This document shows positions 1 to 9,916 of a stretch of DNA of 64,000 nucleotides, one piece after another. A program made the translations under genes and the position numbers. Below the pieces are notes generated by a model that was given only the letters and a program-made list of their open reading frames with translations, was not told where the DNA came from and did not search any database. How positions within the stretch are numbered: the stretch's first letter is position 1; every line of letters starts with the position of its first letter. The DNA lies in the sequence record LC494302.1; one strand, written 5' to 3'.

Positions 1-3000
1 ACATCAGAACCAGTTTTAACTGCACCAGAGGTTGTTAGAGAACCTAAAGTTGTAGCACCAGTTACACCTAATGTTCCACCAATTGTTGCGTTATTGGTAA
101 CTGCTAATGCAGCACCTTCACCATTAAGAGCGATTGATGGAGCAGATACTGCACCAGTTACGCCTAATGTGCCACCAATTGTTGCGTTGCCATCTGAATG
201 TAGAGTTGTAGCTACAGAAAGACTGTTAGCAACTACATCAGTACTAGCTAAATCCAATGCACCTGGGGTTAATGTACCAGTAATGTTAACATTATTACCA
301 AAGGTTGCTGCACCAGTCACATCTAGTGTAGTACTAAATGTACCAGAGGTTGCAGAGATTGCACCTGAATCTAGTGATCCAACAGTTGCTTTACCAGTTA
401 CACCTAAAGTTCCACCAACAGTTCCATTTGTGGTTACATCCAATGTACCAGTACTTAGTTCTTGTGCGGTTACCTTACCGGATGCAGTAACAGTTGAAGT
501 GGAAACGCCACCAGTTAGAGTACTAGCACCAGTAACACTTAATGTGGTTGCAGCAGTTACGCTATTTACGCTAAGATCAGCACCGGATAAGTCCAAACCA
601 CCTTCAGGAACAAATACACCCTTAACAGTTAGTTTTTGTACTGTACTATCACCTGTTACATCCAAGGTAGAAGCAGTTAAACCACCATTCATACTTGCTG
701 CACCAGTAACACCTAGTGTAGTGGTTACAGTAGCACTATTAAGTGTTGAACTACCAGAAATATTAGCACTAGGAGCAGTAATAGTTCCAGAATCAACTTG
801 TATACCACCAGCAACAACCTGAATTCCACCAGCATTAACTGTTAGTTTACCAGCAGTATTCAATGTATTTGAAACTGTTGTTGCACCAGTTAAAGTTGTA
901 GTACCAGTTACACCTAAGTTACCAGAAATAGATGGACTACCTGTAATATTACCAGTAGTTAGTATCAAATCAGTACCTACGGTAGTGGAGCCAGTACTTT
1001 CTAGTGTCACACCAACGATGTTTGCAGAACTTAGGTTAATAGTACCATCAACAGTTAAGTTACCTTGAACGGTTGCATCACCTAGAGAAGTTAATGTCTT
1101 CACAGACACATCAGTTGTGCTAAGATCAATAACACCCGCAGTTAGTGTTCCAGATACTGCTAAATTACCAGTAATCGCGGTATTTTTAGTAATGGATACA
1201 TTTTCTGCCGCTGAAGTAATAGAACCAACAGTAAGTACACCACCAACAGTTGCGTTATTAGTTACATTTAGAGCAGTTCCAACACCAGATAGTGTTGCTG
1301 ACCCACCAGTAATTGCACCTGAGATTGAAGCTGTTGCTGCTGAAACATCACCAGAAACTACTGCATTTGTTGCATTTAGAGCAGACACTGTAACTTCAGT
1401 ACTTTGAACTTTAGGTAGAACGTTGATACCTTCTGCACTACTAACTGTAATAATACCAGTACTTGTTAGAGATTTAACAGATACATCAGCACCACTTAAA
1501 TCAACTGTACCAGAAACAACAAGATCTCCACCAATATTTGCTCCAGCGGTAGTAGTAATGGATTTTGCACTTACATCAGTTGTGCTCAAATCAATTGCAC
1601 CTGGTGTTACTGTACCAGAAACTGTTAGGTCACCAGTAATAGATGTATTATTGGAAATAGATACACCATCAACGTTACTAATTGTTGGGGTTTCTACAGA
1701 AACTGCTTTAACTTTACCTGAAGAAGTTACGTCAGCTACGGTAGATGCACCAGTAACATTCAAATTAGTAATATTTGCAGTTGTTGAACCAAGGGTTGCA
1801 ATAGTTGCATCAGTACTTTGAAGTTTAGGTAGAACACTACTAATTGTGGATTCATTACTAACAATTGCACCAGTACTAGTTAAAGATTTGACAGTAACAT
1901 CAGCCGTAGTAAGATCTACTGTACCATTAACAGTTAGGTTACCACCAATAGTTGCACCAGCAGTAGTAGTAATGGATTTAGCATTAACATCAGTTGTTGC
2001 TAGATCGATAGAGCCTGGAATAACTGCACCAGTAACGGTTAGGTCACCAGTTACATTTGTATTATTGGAAATAGTGACACCACTTGCATTTGAAATGGTT
2101 GGGGTAACCAACGATGCAGTTGTAGTTTCACCAGTTACAGTTAAAGTTGACCCAACTAGAACAGATGAGCTTGAGTAAATTGTACCCAAATTAGCAGATC
2201 CGGTAACAGTTATATCATCAGCATTAACAGTAGGAGCCGTTATGGTAGTACTATTAAGTACTGGAAGTACGTTAGCATTAACAAGATCATTACTTTTAAC
2301 AATACCAGAAGTAGTTAATGATTTAACATTAAGGTCGGCTGCTGATAAATCAAAAGAGCCTTGAACTACTAAATCACCACCAATAGTTGCACCAGCAGTA
2401 GTAGTGATTGATTTAGCATTAATATCGGTAGTGCTCAAGTCTAGAGAACCAACAGTTAAGCTACCAGTAATATCAACATTTTCTGTAAAGTTAGTATTAC
2501 CACTAATAGTTGGTGCAGTCAGAGTTGTTGCACTAATATTAGTACCGTTAATTGTTTGTCCACTTACAGTCCCACTCGCAGTGATAGTAGGAGCCGTTAC
2601 TTCAGTAGATGCACTAATTGTTGGTGCAGATACAGAAGTTGTACCAGTAATAGAACCAGAACTTACTGAACCAGCGGATAATGCACCAGAAAGAGTTGCA
2701 GTTGTACCAGCAATATCACCAGTAACAGTTAGTTTAGCACCCACGGTAGTGTTACCAGTACTTTCAAGTGTTGCACCTTTAATATTTGCTGCCGCGACAA
2801 CAGAATTAGGTGTTAGATCCTGCCCACTAACATCAACAGTTAGCCCAGTTACTGTTCCAGTAAATTCAACATCATTAAGAATTGCTTTACCACCAACTTG
2901 TAGGAATGGTGTACCTGGAGCTTGTGTTTCGTTACCAGTAATAGTTAGGTAATCTAGTTTGTTTAGACCGTTACCAGTAATACCATAAGTGGAAAGAGAA

Positions 3001-4343
3001 GCGTTACCGAAAGTTGCTGTTTTAAGAACGTTCAATGTAGAAGGAGAAACGACTTCTGATTGAACTTCGTTAGGTAGAATAACTGTTGGGCGTTGACCTG
3101 GTGCAGTATATCCAAAACCTAGTTTCACTGCCGCATCTTGACTATTTTGACCTAAGCTGATAGCTTTAAAGGATGCAGTACTGTTATAACCAGTAATATT
3201 AGAACCAAGAGTAACACCACCAACTAATGAAGTTACACCAGTAACGTTCAAAGATACTGCATTAATATCGTCTAGTTGGAACGTTCCACCAAGAAGACCA
3301 GAAACATTAATGTTATTAAAATTAGCAGTACCAGTACTTTCGATATTTGGAATAGTTGCAGTTCCGGTTACTTCAAAGTCAGCAACTTTAGTTTTTCCTT
3401 TTTGAACTTCTAATAGTGGTGTGTCTGGTGATTGTGTATTGTTACCAGAAACTGTTAGATAATCTAATTTGTTTAGACCATTACCAGTAATACCATAAGA
3501 AGATAATGACGCATTACCAAAAGAAGCAGAGGTCAATACTGTCAAGTTTGCAGGTGACATTAGCTCGGACTGAATTTCGTTTTGTAGAATAACAGTTGGG
3601 CGTTTACCAGGAGCAGTGTAAGGGAAGCTTAATCTGAAGGTTTGTGATTCAGAGTTAGAACCAATACGAATGTCTTTAAAAGTAGCAGTACTGTTAATAC
3701 CAGTTACGTTAGCACCGAAAGTTACTGCACCTTGTTGGTTAGATGCACCAGTAACGTTCAATGTTACTGCATTTAAGTCAGATAGATTAAACTCACCACC
3801 AAGTGTACCACTAATTGTCACATCGTTAAATGTAGCAGTACCAGTACTACTAATATCTGTTGTACTTACATTAGTAATTTCTGCGGTATTAGCATTAATT
3901 TTATCAAATGCAGCAGTAGTCCCAACATCAGCAGTAATATTACCTTTAAATGCTGTTGTTTCAGCAACTTCTAAGTTTTTAACTTTAGTTGCTTGTAGAG
4001 TGGTTGTACCAGCAGTTTGTGTAAAATCAGAACCAACTGATACAGTACCGTTAAAGGTAGCGTTTGAATTAATTGTTGCTGTATCAGACCCGACAACTGC
4101 ACTACCGATTGTAGTATTACCCTCAACACCAAGACCACCAGAAAGTGTTGCTTTGCCACCTACATCTAAAGTAGATGTAATGTTGGCAGTTGATGATTCA
4201 ATGGCAGTAAAAGTTGCATTTGCAAAAGTTACAGTACCATTTACAGTTAGGTTATTGTTGAAAACAGCATTTCCTTTGACTAAAAGATCCTTACCAACCG
4301 TACCAGCACCAGTAATATCTAAGTCAGTTTTTATTGAGTACAT
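1..4343 (-). CDS. Very long repetitive tail fibre/appendage protein, partial (runs off left edge), >1,447 aa
   Basis: ATG at 4343 with a GGAG RBS upstream (MYSIKTDLDITGAGTVGKDLLVKGNAVF...). The same frame reads ...GSLTTSGAVKTGSDV at the window edge, and spot checks between were open. T/G/V/S/N-rich with short beta-strand periodicity. Missing from the ORF track because there is no stop in the window. Confidence 0.85.
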   Translation of the reverse strand, partial: MYSIKTDLDITGAGTVGKDLLVKGNAVFNNNLTVNGTVTFANATFTAIESSTANITSTLDVGGKATLSGGLGVEGNTTIGSAVVGSDTATINSNATFNGTVSVGSDFTQTAGTTTLQATKVKNLEVAETTAFKGNITADVGTTAAFDKINANTAEITNVSTTDISSTGTATFNDVTISGTLGGEFNLSDLNAVTLNVTGASNQQGAVTFGANVTGINSTATFKDIRIGSNSESQTFRLSFPYTAPGKRPTVILQNEIQSELMSPANLTVLTSASFGNASLSSYGITGNGLNKLDYLTVSGNNTQSPDTPLLEVQKGKTKVADFEVTGTATIPNIESTGTANFNNINVSGLLGGTFQLDDINAVSLNVTGVTSLVGGVTLGSNITGYNSTASFKAISLGQNSQDAAVKLGFGYTAPGQRPTVILPNEVQSEVVSPSTLNVLKTATFGNASLSTYGITGNGLNKLDYLTITGNETQAPGTPFLQVGGKAILNDVEFTGTVTGLTVDVSGQDLTPNSVVAAANIKGATLESTGNTTVGAKLTVTGDIAGTTATLSGALSAGSVSSGSITGTTSVSAPTISASTEVTAPTITASGTVSGQTINGTNISATTLTAPTISGNTNFTENVDITGSLTVGSLDLSTTDINAKSITTTAGATIGGDLVVQGSFDLSAADLNVKSLTTSGIVKSNDLVNANVLPVLNSTTITAPTVNADDITVTGSANLGTIYSSSSVLVGSTLTVTGETTTASLVTPTISNASGVTISNNTNVTGDLTVTGAVIPGSIDLATTDVNAKSITTTAGATIGGNLTVNGTVDLTTADVTVKSLTSTGAIVSNESTISSVLPKLQSTDATIATLGSTTANITNLNVTGASTVADVTSSGKVKAVSVETPTISNVDGVSISNNTSITGDLTVSGTVTPGAIDLSTTDVSAKSITTTAGANIGGDLVVSGTVDLSGADVSVKSLTSTGIITVSSAEGINVLPKVQSTEVTVSALNATNAVVSGDVSAATASISGAITGGSATLSGVGTALNVTNNATVGGVLTVGSITSAAENVSITKNTAITGNLAVSGTLTAGVIDLSTTDVSVKTLTSLGDATVQGNLTVDGTINLSSANIVGVTLESTGSTTVGTDLILTTGNITGSPSISGNLGVTGTTTLTGATTVSNTLNTAGKLTVNAGGIQVVAGGIQVDSGTITAPSANISGSSTLNSATVTTTLGVTGAASMNGGLTASTLDVTGDSTVQKLTVKGVFVPEGGLDLSGADLSVNSVTAATTLSVTGASTLTGGVSTSTVTASGKVTAQELSTGTLDVTTNGTVGGTLGVTGKATVGSLDSGAISATSGTFSTTLDVTGAATFGNNVNITGTLTPGALDLASTDVVANSLSVATTLHSDGNATIGGTLGVTGAVSAPSIALNGEGAALAVTNNATIGGTLGVTGATTLGSLTTSGAVKTGSD
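1390..2450. repeat. Degenerate intragenic tandem repeat, 414-bp then 435-bp period (138/145 aa)
   Basis: cagtactttgaa.tttaggtagaac at 1397 and 1811; gtagt(a/g)at(g/t)gattt at 1552, 1966 and 2401. Confidence 0.8.
2941..3710. repeat. Intragenic duplication, 510-bp period (170 aa)
   Basis: Blocks starting at 2941 and 3451 both encode YTAPG(Q/K)RPTVIL.NE.QSE..SP....FGNASLS.YGITGNGLNKLDYLT on the minus strand. Confidence 0.85.
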
Positions 4344-4441
4344 TTATACCCTCCATTATAACCTTGTTAATATGTATATATTTAGTTTTATTATGCTGTT
4401 ATCCAACAATTAATATGTTATTTGACAAAAGCAAATATAAT

Positions 4442-4473
4442 AAAAACCAGACTTATTTAGAACAAGTCTGGTT
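4442..4473 (-). terminator. Intrinsic terminator after the spike operon
   Basis: 10-bp stem aaccagactt/aagtctggtt with a U-run on the minus strand. Confidence 0.6.
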
Positions 4474-4481
4474 AATTTTTT

Positions 4482-5378
4482 TTACTTACCAGAGATGACA
4501 ATCTTACCACTGAAAGAAATATCAGAAGTGAAGATTACATCACCAGTACTACTAATTTGTGTATCAGTCACTACCAATTCAAATGGAGATGACGAAACAC
4601 TCCCAGGTGTTTTATTTGCATAAATTGAAATATACAAATTATCTGGTGTTTGATTGTGTTCAGATGCAGGAATAGTGATTGTAAAATCACCATCACTAGA
4701 AACCCAATCTGCTTGGTTTACCAATTTACTATAAGGTACTGTCATTGTTGTTGCTCCTATAATGTTTACTTTAACACTTGCATAATCTGTGATTTGACCA
4801 ATCACATCAATTGTTATATCCCCAATACCACTAACTGTTACTGTGGTTTGGAATACTGATTCCAATGCAACATTACCTGGGTCACCTTGTAGTTGGATCA
4901 TAATATCAGAACCTCTACCATGAACTGATTCTGGTAGTGTGTAAGTATAATGATCAGTAGTATCTGGCACTAATGTAAATGCAGAAACAGGAACTATTTC
5001 AGTAGTTACATATGAGCTATCAGTCCCAGGTGAGCTACCTTTAAATGGTTTCCAAATACCAAGATCTTTAATATAAATTTGAAGAACATTAGTACTATCA
5101 ACCAAAAAGTAAACGTCACCATCTAGACCGATCGAATCGGATGGTGCTGTTGTTCCACGTAAGATACCAGAACTACCACCACCACTGTGTGCGTTTAAAT
5201 ATCCTAATGTAACCAAGTGTGTGTTTGCAGTTGGTTCACCTGCTGAAATTGGAAGAAGTTGTGTTCCTGAGTAGTTTTGAATTTGCACAACACTACCATT
5301 TGTGGTAATCTGTGCACCATTCTTCCCAAGAATGAAGGACTTCTTCATGGTTCCTTCTAAATTAGAAAAAACTGCCAT
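4482..5378 (-). CDS. Tail spike/fibre adaptor-like virion protein
   Basis: The N-terminal ~105 aa are paralogous to the adjacent spike (MAVFSN.EGTM...FILGK.GA.I); two short beta-rich C-terminal repeats; no enzyme domain recognised. Confidence 0.65.
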   Translation of the reverse strand: MAVFSNLEGTMKKSFILGKNGAQITTNGSVVQIQNYSGTQLLPISAGEPTANTHLVTLGYLNAHSGGGSSGILRGTTAPSDSIGLDGDVYFLVDSTNVLQIYIKDLGIWKPFKGSSPGTDSSYVTTEIVPVSAFTLVPDTTDHYTYTLPESVHGRGSDIMIQLQGDPGNVALESVFQTTVTVSGIGDITIDVIGQITDYASVKVNIIGATTMTVPYSKLVNQADWVSSDGDFTITIPASEHNQTPDNLYISIYANKTPGSVSSSPFELVVTDTQISSTGDVIFTSDISFSGKIVISGK

Positions 5379-5394
5379 TTTAATATAATCTCCT

Positions 5395-7536
5395 TTATGG
5401 TAGGGTTATGTAAGTTACGGGTTGGGCAGCTTTTAATGCTGCACCAGCGGCAGTTGCTGTTATGATAGGATCTGCAATATCAATTCTATATACGTTGTTT
5501 ACAACATACACTGCACGAGTTATATACGTTCTCAAATCACCACCATTTTCACCAGCACCGGATATAATGATCTCAGTACCAGCAGCTTTTGCATATTGGT
5601 TTTCACCCCATGACACACCCAATGCTTCTATGTATGTTTGTCCTGCTACCGTTTGTCTAATTGTGTCATATTTTCCGAAAAAAGAACCACCAACAGTTAC
5701 AATATATTTTCCACCCGATTGTTTATGAATAATCGTGCCTTCAGAGAAATAGCGTCCCCCAGGAAAAGTATCGTATGGAATATAATATTGCTCAACTACA
5801 GGTATCAGTACTGGGCCACGGTGTCCTGTACCATCGATTGCAGTTGTAACTTTAAAGTTATTAGATGATTGGTCTATTCTGTCTACATACATTTTAGAAA
5901 AACTATATTTTGAAACATTACAATCATCTTGAACAACACAGTTAGTCCAATTAGTATAAGTATATTTAGAGCGAGTATAGATACCACCACCTTCGCCTTC
6001 GGTAGAGAGGTGTTGACCAATTACATCTAATTCTTTAGTTCTAATATCACTAAATTTAGATGATGATGGCAAACCACGCCAAAGGATTTTAGAACAGGTG
6101 ATATTGCTCAATTCTGTATTATTTAACCAATTATCAGAACCGGAAGTATAAACAAGTATAGAAGACTCTGGAATATAGAGATTAGAAATTTTAAAGTTTC
6201 TAGGTGGTCCAGCAAAACGACCAGAAGTTACACCCCAGTTTATTGAAACCATTCTATTTGTGATAGAAGGATCATTAAGCAAATGACCAGTCAACCCATC
6301 AATAATGAATTCTTTCGAACCATAAGTTATAACACCAGCAGTGGTTAATCCAGTACCAACAGAAACTAAAGATGATGGATAAACTTCATTATTAAGTATT
6401 TTAAAGTCCATTCCTAATTCAACGTGGATACATTGTCTAACATTATATAGTCTGTTATTTTTAATAACAAAGTTTCTGACATATTGTGTATCTGGTGCAT
6501 CTAAACCATAAGGACCAGAACCAGCAACGCCAATACCAATGCCCCAGTTTGAAAGTGGGATTGGAGCGTTAGAACCATCAACGTTTTCAATTACGTTTCC
6601 TTCAATCACAAAACCATCAGGATAATGTGAGTTAATTACGTTTAGTTCAATTGCATCACCATATATATCATGTATGTGGTTATATGAATATCTACCAACC
6701 TTCATTTTCTCACCAGTACCTTGTTGAAGAACACCATACTTACATTGGGTCATTTCATTAAAGCAAAAATCTATTGTTCCTGGTTGTGTCATACCTTGCA
6801 TTAAAAATGCAGCAGTACTTGTGATGTTTATAAATTTATTAAAATAAAACTTACCATCGCCACCGAAGAATTTTAAATAACATCCAGTAAGTGTTGCAAA
6901 TTGTATTTGGGAATTAATAACGGATACCATAGTACCACCATTACCAGTAATAGTTCCCCCAAACCAAGTTACATCTTCCAGGTATATTGCAGTTTTGATA
7001 CGGTAATTACCACCAGCCTGAATTTGGATTTTATTTTCTTTAGCATAAGCAGCACATAAATTTACAGCAGCAGTGTCATCAGTTTCGCCATCACCTTTAG
7101 CACCAAATTCTTCTGGTGTTATATAAAACTGGGCCTGTTGAACTGTACCTCCAGTAATAAGTCCGATGAAATCGCCACCATTTTTACTGGATAGAACTTT
7201 TTTATTAATGTATAATGATTTTACCCATGTACCATTACTTTTTGCAAAAATATCAACAATACCATCTTCATCAATTTGAAAATACGTATTATTGTTCTTT
7301 CCTACATCATCGGTAGGGGGTACAACACCAAATAATGCATTAGGGTTATCTTCAAGATATTTTACGTTAACTGCTGAATTAGGGTCAGATGAAGTTCCTA
7401 CCTTCAGTGGTAGGAACTGTTCTCCTAGATAATCTTTTATAGAAACTGAATCATTGATAAAATTTATTGAAGCACCTTTTTTCCCCAATATGAATTTGGG
7501 CTGCATAGTTCCTTCAAAATTAGAAAATACTGCCAT
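5395..7536 (-). CDS. Tail spike, WcaM-like (colanic-acid-type) beta-helical depolymerase
   Basis: ITPEEFGAKGDGETDDTAA is the pectate-lyase-3-type start. GDAIELNV...NWGIGIGVAGS...NFVI...RQCIHVE matches recalled enterobacterial WcaM motifs. Confidence 0.8.
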   Translation of the reverse strand: MAVFSNFEGTMQPKFILGKKGASINFINDSVSIKDYLGEQFLPLKVGTSSDPNSAVNVKYLEDNPNALFGVVPPTDDVGKNNNTYFQIDEDGIVDIFAKSNGTWVKSLYINKKVLSSKNGGDFIGLITGGTVQQAQFYITPEEFGAKGDGETDDTAAVNLCAAYAKENKIQIQAGGNYRIKTAIYLEDVTWFGGTITGNGGTMVSVINSQIQFATLTGCYLKFFGGDGKFYFNKFINITSTAAFLMQGMTQPGTIDFCFNEMTQCKYGVLQQGTGEKMKVGRYSYNHIHDIYGDAIELNVINSHYPDGFVIEGNVIENVDGSNAPIPLSNWGIGIGVAGSGPYGLDAPDTQYVRNFVIKNNRLYNVRQCIHVELGMDFKILNNEVYPSSLVSVGTGLTTAGVITYGSKEFIIDGLTGHLLNDPSITNRMVSINWGVTSGRFAGPPRNFKISNLYIPESSILVYTSGSDNWLNNTELSNITCSKILWRGLPSSSKFSDIRTKELDVIGQHLSTEGEGGGIYTRSKYTYTNWTNCVVQDDCNVSKYSFSKMYVDRIDQSSNNFKVTTAIDGTGHRGPVLIPVVEQYYIPYDTFPGGRYFSEGTIIHKQSGGKYIVTVGGSFFGKYDTIRQTVAGQTYIEALGVSWGENQYAKAAGTEIIISGAGENGGDLRTYITRAVYVVNNVYRIDIADPIITATAAGAALKAAQPVTYITLP

Positions 7537-7550
7537 TATGACATCCTCCC

Positions 7551-8678
7551 TTAAATATTATCTTGAATCGGTTGGATAGGAGCTTGCCATGAAAGAGTAC
7601 AAATAATTTCCATTTTTCCATAAGGACTGTTGTTAACAGAATCGTTGAATACACATGAAATAATTTCATCAACATCGGATGCTGCATGATTAGTTTCATT
7701 AACAATAAAACGCATCTGACGATTGATATCAAAGTAGGAAGTTGGTGCAATTACAGTCCCACCAATATCTTCTTGTGCTTCACCACCAAAACGTACAAAC
7801 ATATCAGTTACAGGAAGAGAATAAGGTTGTATAACGTTTACATCAATATTAGAAACTACATATCCAGCAGGACACGTACCAATAACTAATAGTGCGTTAG
7901 TCCATGAGCTATCTATTGTATTTCTAATAGAAATTGTATCTTTACCTGGTGCACCTGGTTCGCCTTGTATACCTTGAATACCTTGCTGACCTTCTTTACC
8001 ACGGAATAGAATACCCTCACTCCACTCTTTTGAAGGAGGGGTAGTTGTAGTTACTTCATCAACATAATATAGTTTTCCATCAGTGTTGTTATAAAAACAA
8101 TAATCAACTGGAAGATTTTCAATACTTGGAAATTGATCACCACTGCTATCAATATGGAAACGACCACGCGGACCTTGTTCACCACGGAAAGGTATACCAT
8201 CACTCCAAGTAGCAGTTACACTTTGATAGAAATAAAGTTTACCATCTTGAGTATTATAAAATGTATAGTTATCAAAAAGACCAGTTGTTGGGAAAGTAGT
8301 TCCAGCACTATCAATGTGGAACGGCTTACCCGCTTCACCCGTATCACCTTTACCAAACTCAACACTAATCCATGTACTTGTCGGATCTTGTGCATCATTT
8401 GATTTAAAGTATAGAGTACTGGTATTGTTAGCCAAGCTTAAGTAGCACCACCCAAGTGGTTCACCAACTTTAAATTGTTCGGAAGGAATTTCAAAACCAA
8501 TCTCATTAGGATAAAAGTTTTTACCATTCTCGCCATTCTGTCCTACAACAAGACCTAAATCTTGAATTGTGTTATCTGCATAGGTTACAATTAAATGCCC
8601 AGCACCATTAATAACTAGACTTTTGATGCCGGAGTTATTACATGAACCACTGGACCCATTGTTAAATGAAATTGTCAT
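7551..8678 (-). CDS. Collagen-like repeat fibre/whisker protein
   Basis: GXY runs (GQQGIQGIQGEPGAPGKD) separate three ~50-aa repeats. Start moved to MTISF at 8678, which has an AAGGG RBS. Confidence 0.7.
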   Translation of the reverse strand: MTISFNNGSSGSCNNSGIKSLVINGAGHLIVTYADNTIQDLGLVVGQNGENGKNFYPNEIGFEIPSEQFKVGEPLGWCYLSLANNTSTLYFKSNDAQDPTSTWISVEFGKGDTGEAGKPFHIDSAGTTFPTTGLFDNYTFYNTQDGKLYFYQSVTATWSDGIPFRGEQGPRGRFHIDSSGDQFPSIENLPVDYCFYNNTDGKLYYVDEVTTTTPPSKEWSEGILFRGKEGQQGIQGIQGEPGAPGKDTISIRNTIDSSWTNALLVIGTCPAGYVVSNIDVNVIQPYSLPVTDMFVRFGGEAQEDIGGTVIAPTSYFDINRQMRFIVNETNHAASDVDEIISCVFNDSVNNSPYGKMEIICTLSWQAPIQPIQDNI

Positions 8679-8713
8679 AATATTTCCCTTGTATGAGTTA
8701 ATGTCATATACCA

Positions 8714-8756
8714 ATATTTATCAGTACAAAATACATTTCGTTATCATTAATAAATA
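8714..8756. promoter_or_regulatory. Divergent late-type promoters (GATAAATA on -, AATAAATA on +)
   Basis: T4 late consensus TATAAATA variants face each of the divergent structural operons. Confidence 0.55.
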
Positions 8757-8788
8757 AATGAAAGTTCACTACTAAAAGGGCTTAAACA

Positions 8789-9286
8789 ATGGCATTAAGA
8801 TCAAAAGACTTTCTCTTCAGAAGAAAAACAAAAGATGGTTCATGGCAAGATTTTCCTGAATCTGATAGCTGGTATCCAGCTAACTTGGATTATCACTGGA
8901 ATGAACAAACGTTACCACTCGCAAGTGGTGGCTACTATGGCTGTACTACAGGTTTACATACTATTTCATTTACACTACGTAATTTTATTGGTAGAATTTA
9001 TGTGTTAGCTACATTAGCTAGTAATCCTACTGATGATGATTGGTTTCCAATTAAATTCACTGAAAGTTGTAATTATTATCTTGAATTTACTGATATGGTT
9101 ATTTTAAATCCAAATGGTGGGGATTTAATTAGACAACAAGGAACTACCGGAACATTTGCTGAAACAGTAACTGGTAATTTTACTTACCTTAAAGTTGGTA
9201 TAGACCGTGATTATATTAGTAAGTATCCATCAGATGTCCAAAAAAGTTTAGCTGGGAAGTTAGAACAAATTTTAATTAACTACTAA
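8789..9286 (+). CDS. Hypothetical virion protein
   Basis: 165-aa ORF with an AAGGG RBS, first gene of a late operon. Confidence 0.6.
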   Translation: MALRSKDFLFRRKTKDGSWQDFPESDSWYPANLDYHWNEQTLPLASGGYYGCTTGLHTISFTLRNFIGRIYVLATLASNPTDDDWFPIKFTESCNYYLEFTDMVILNPNGGDLIRQQGTTGTFAETVTGNFTYLKVGIDRDYISKYPSDVQKSLAGKLEQILINY

Positions 9287-9295
9287 GGATTAGAA

Positions 9296-9904
9296 ATGAA
9301 ATTAGAAACAGAACAACCAAAACTATTTGTTAAAGGTCATGTCCTAATTACTGACGTTACTGATCCATCAAATCAAAAAATCGTTTTAGATAAATCTAAC
9401 GCTATTCACCCTGAAAATATGAGTACTGCCATTGCTAATGCGTTAGCATATAATCAAGACAGTACTGGTATTCCTATTGGTTCTATTAGCGAGATGCGTT
9501 TTGGTAATGGTGGTACAGTAGTTTTAAGTACTGGTCGTGTTACTTATAAAAAACCACGTGTTACATCATTCGGTGGTTTGTATTCACAAACATATTTGAA
9601 AAAAATCAACCCACGAATTACGGCAGGTATTGATTCACAATACAATAATATTACAACTGTACATATACCAGGACAGTCCTATACTGATATTGTATGTATT
9701 TGTACTCTAGGGTTAGGTGAACCATCCGACCAAGGTGTAAGCTCAGGGACAAGCATGGATGGAACTTATGTATTTGATGAATTGGGATTGTACACGGATG
9801 GCGATAGTGGTATTCCTTTAACCCATATCATTTTTCACCCAGTTGAGAAAAGTGCAAACCGTGTCTTACAAATTAAATACACAGTTCGTGTACAATTACA
9901 ATAA
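9296..9904 (+). CDS. Putative baseplate/fibre-attachment virion protein
   Basis: 202-aa ORF with an AAGGA RBS, beta-rich (FDELGLY...LTHIIFHPVEKS); function inferred from context. Confidence 0.55.
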   Translation: MKLETEQPKLFVKGHVLITDVTDPSNQKIVLDKSNAIHPENMSTAIANALAYNQDSTGIPIGSISEMRFGNGGTVVLSTGRVTYKKPRVTSFGGLYSQTYLKKINPRITAGIDSQYNNITTVHIPGQSYTDIVCICTLGLGEPSDQGVSSGTSMDGTYVFDELGLYTDGDSGIPLTHIIFHPVEKSANRVLQIKYTVRVQLQ

Positions 9905-9916
9905 TGGGGACATATA

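Noticed and set aside
1390-3710. Repeats as a CRISPR array or diversity-generating retroelement template/variable pair
   Set aside because: The repeats are in-frame protein-level duplications with mostly synonymous-type divergence; no spacers, cas genes or reverse transcriptase, and no adenine-specific mismatch pattern was evident.
94-4413. Series of long + strand ORFs (94-822, 1117-1407, 1423-1821, 1846-2178, 2404-2952, 3670-4413)
   Set aside because: Antisense shadows of the minus-strand fibre gene: V/P/T/A-rich translations produced by its codon bias, mostly GTG/TTG starts and no RBS.
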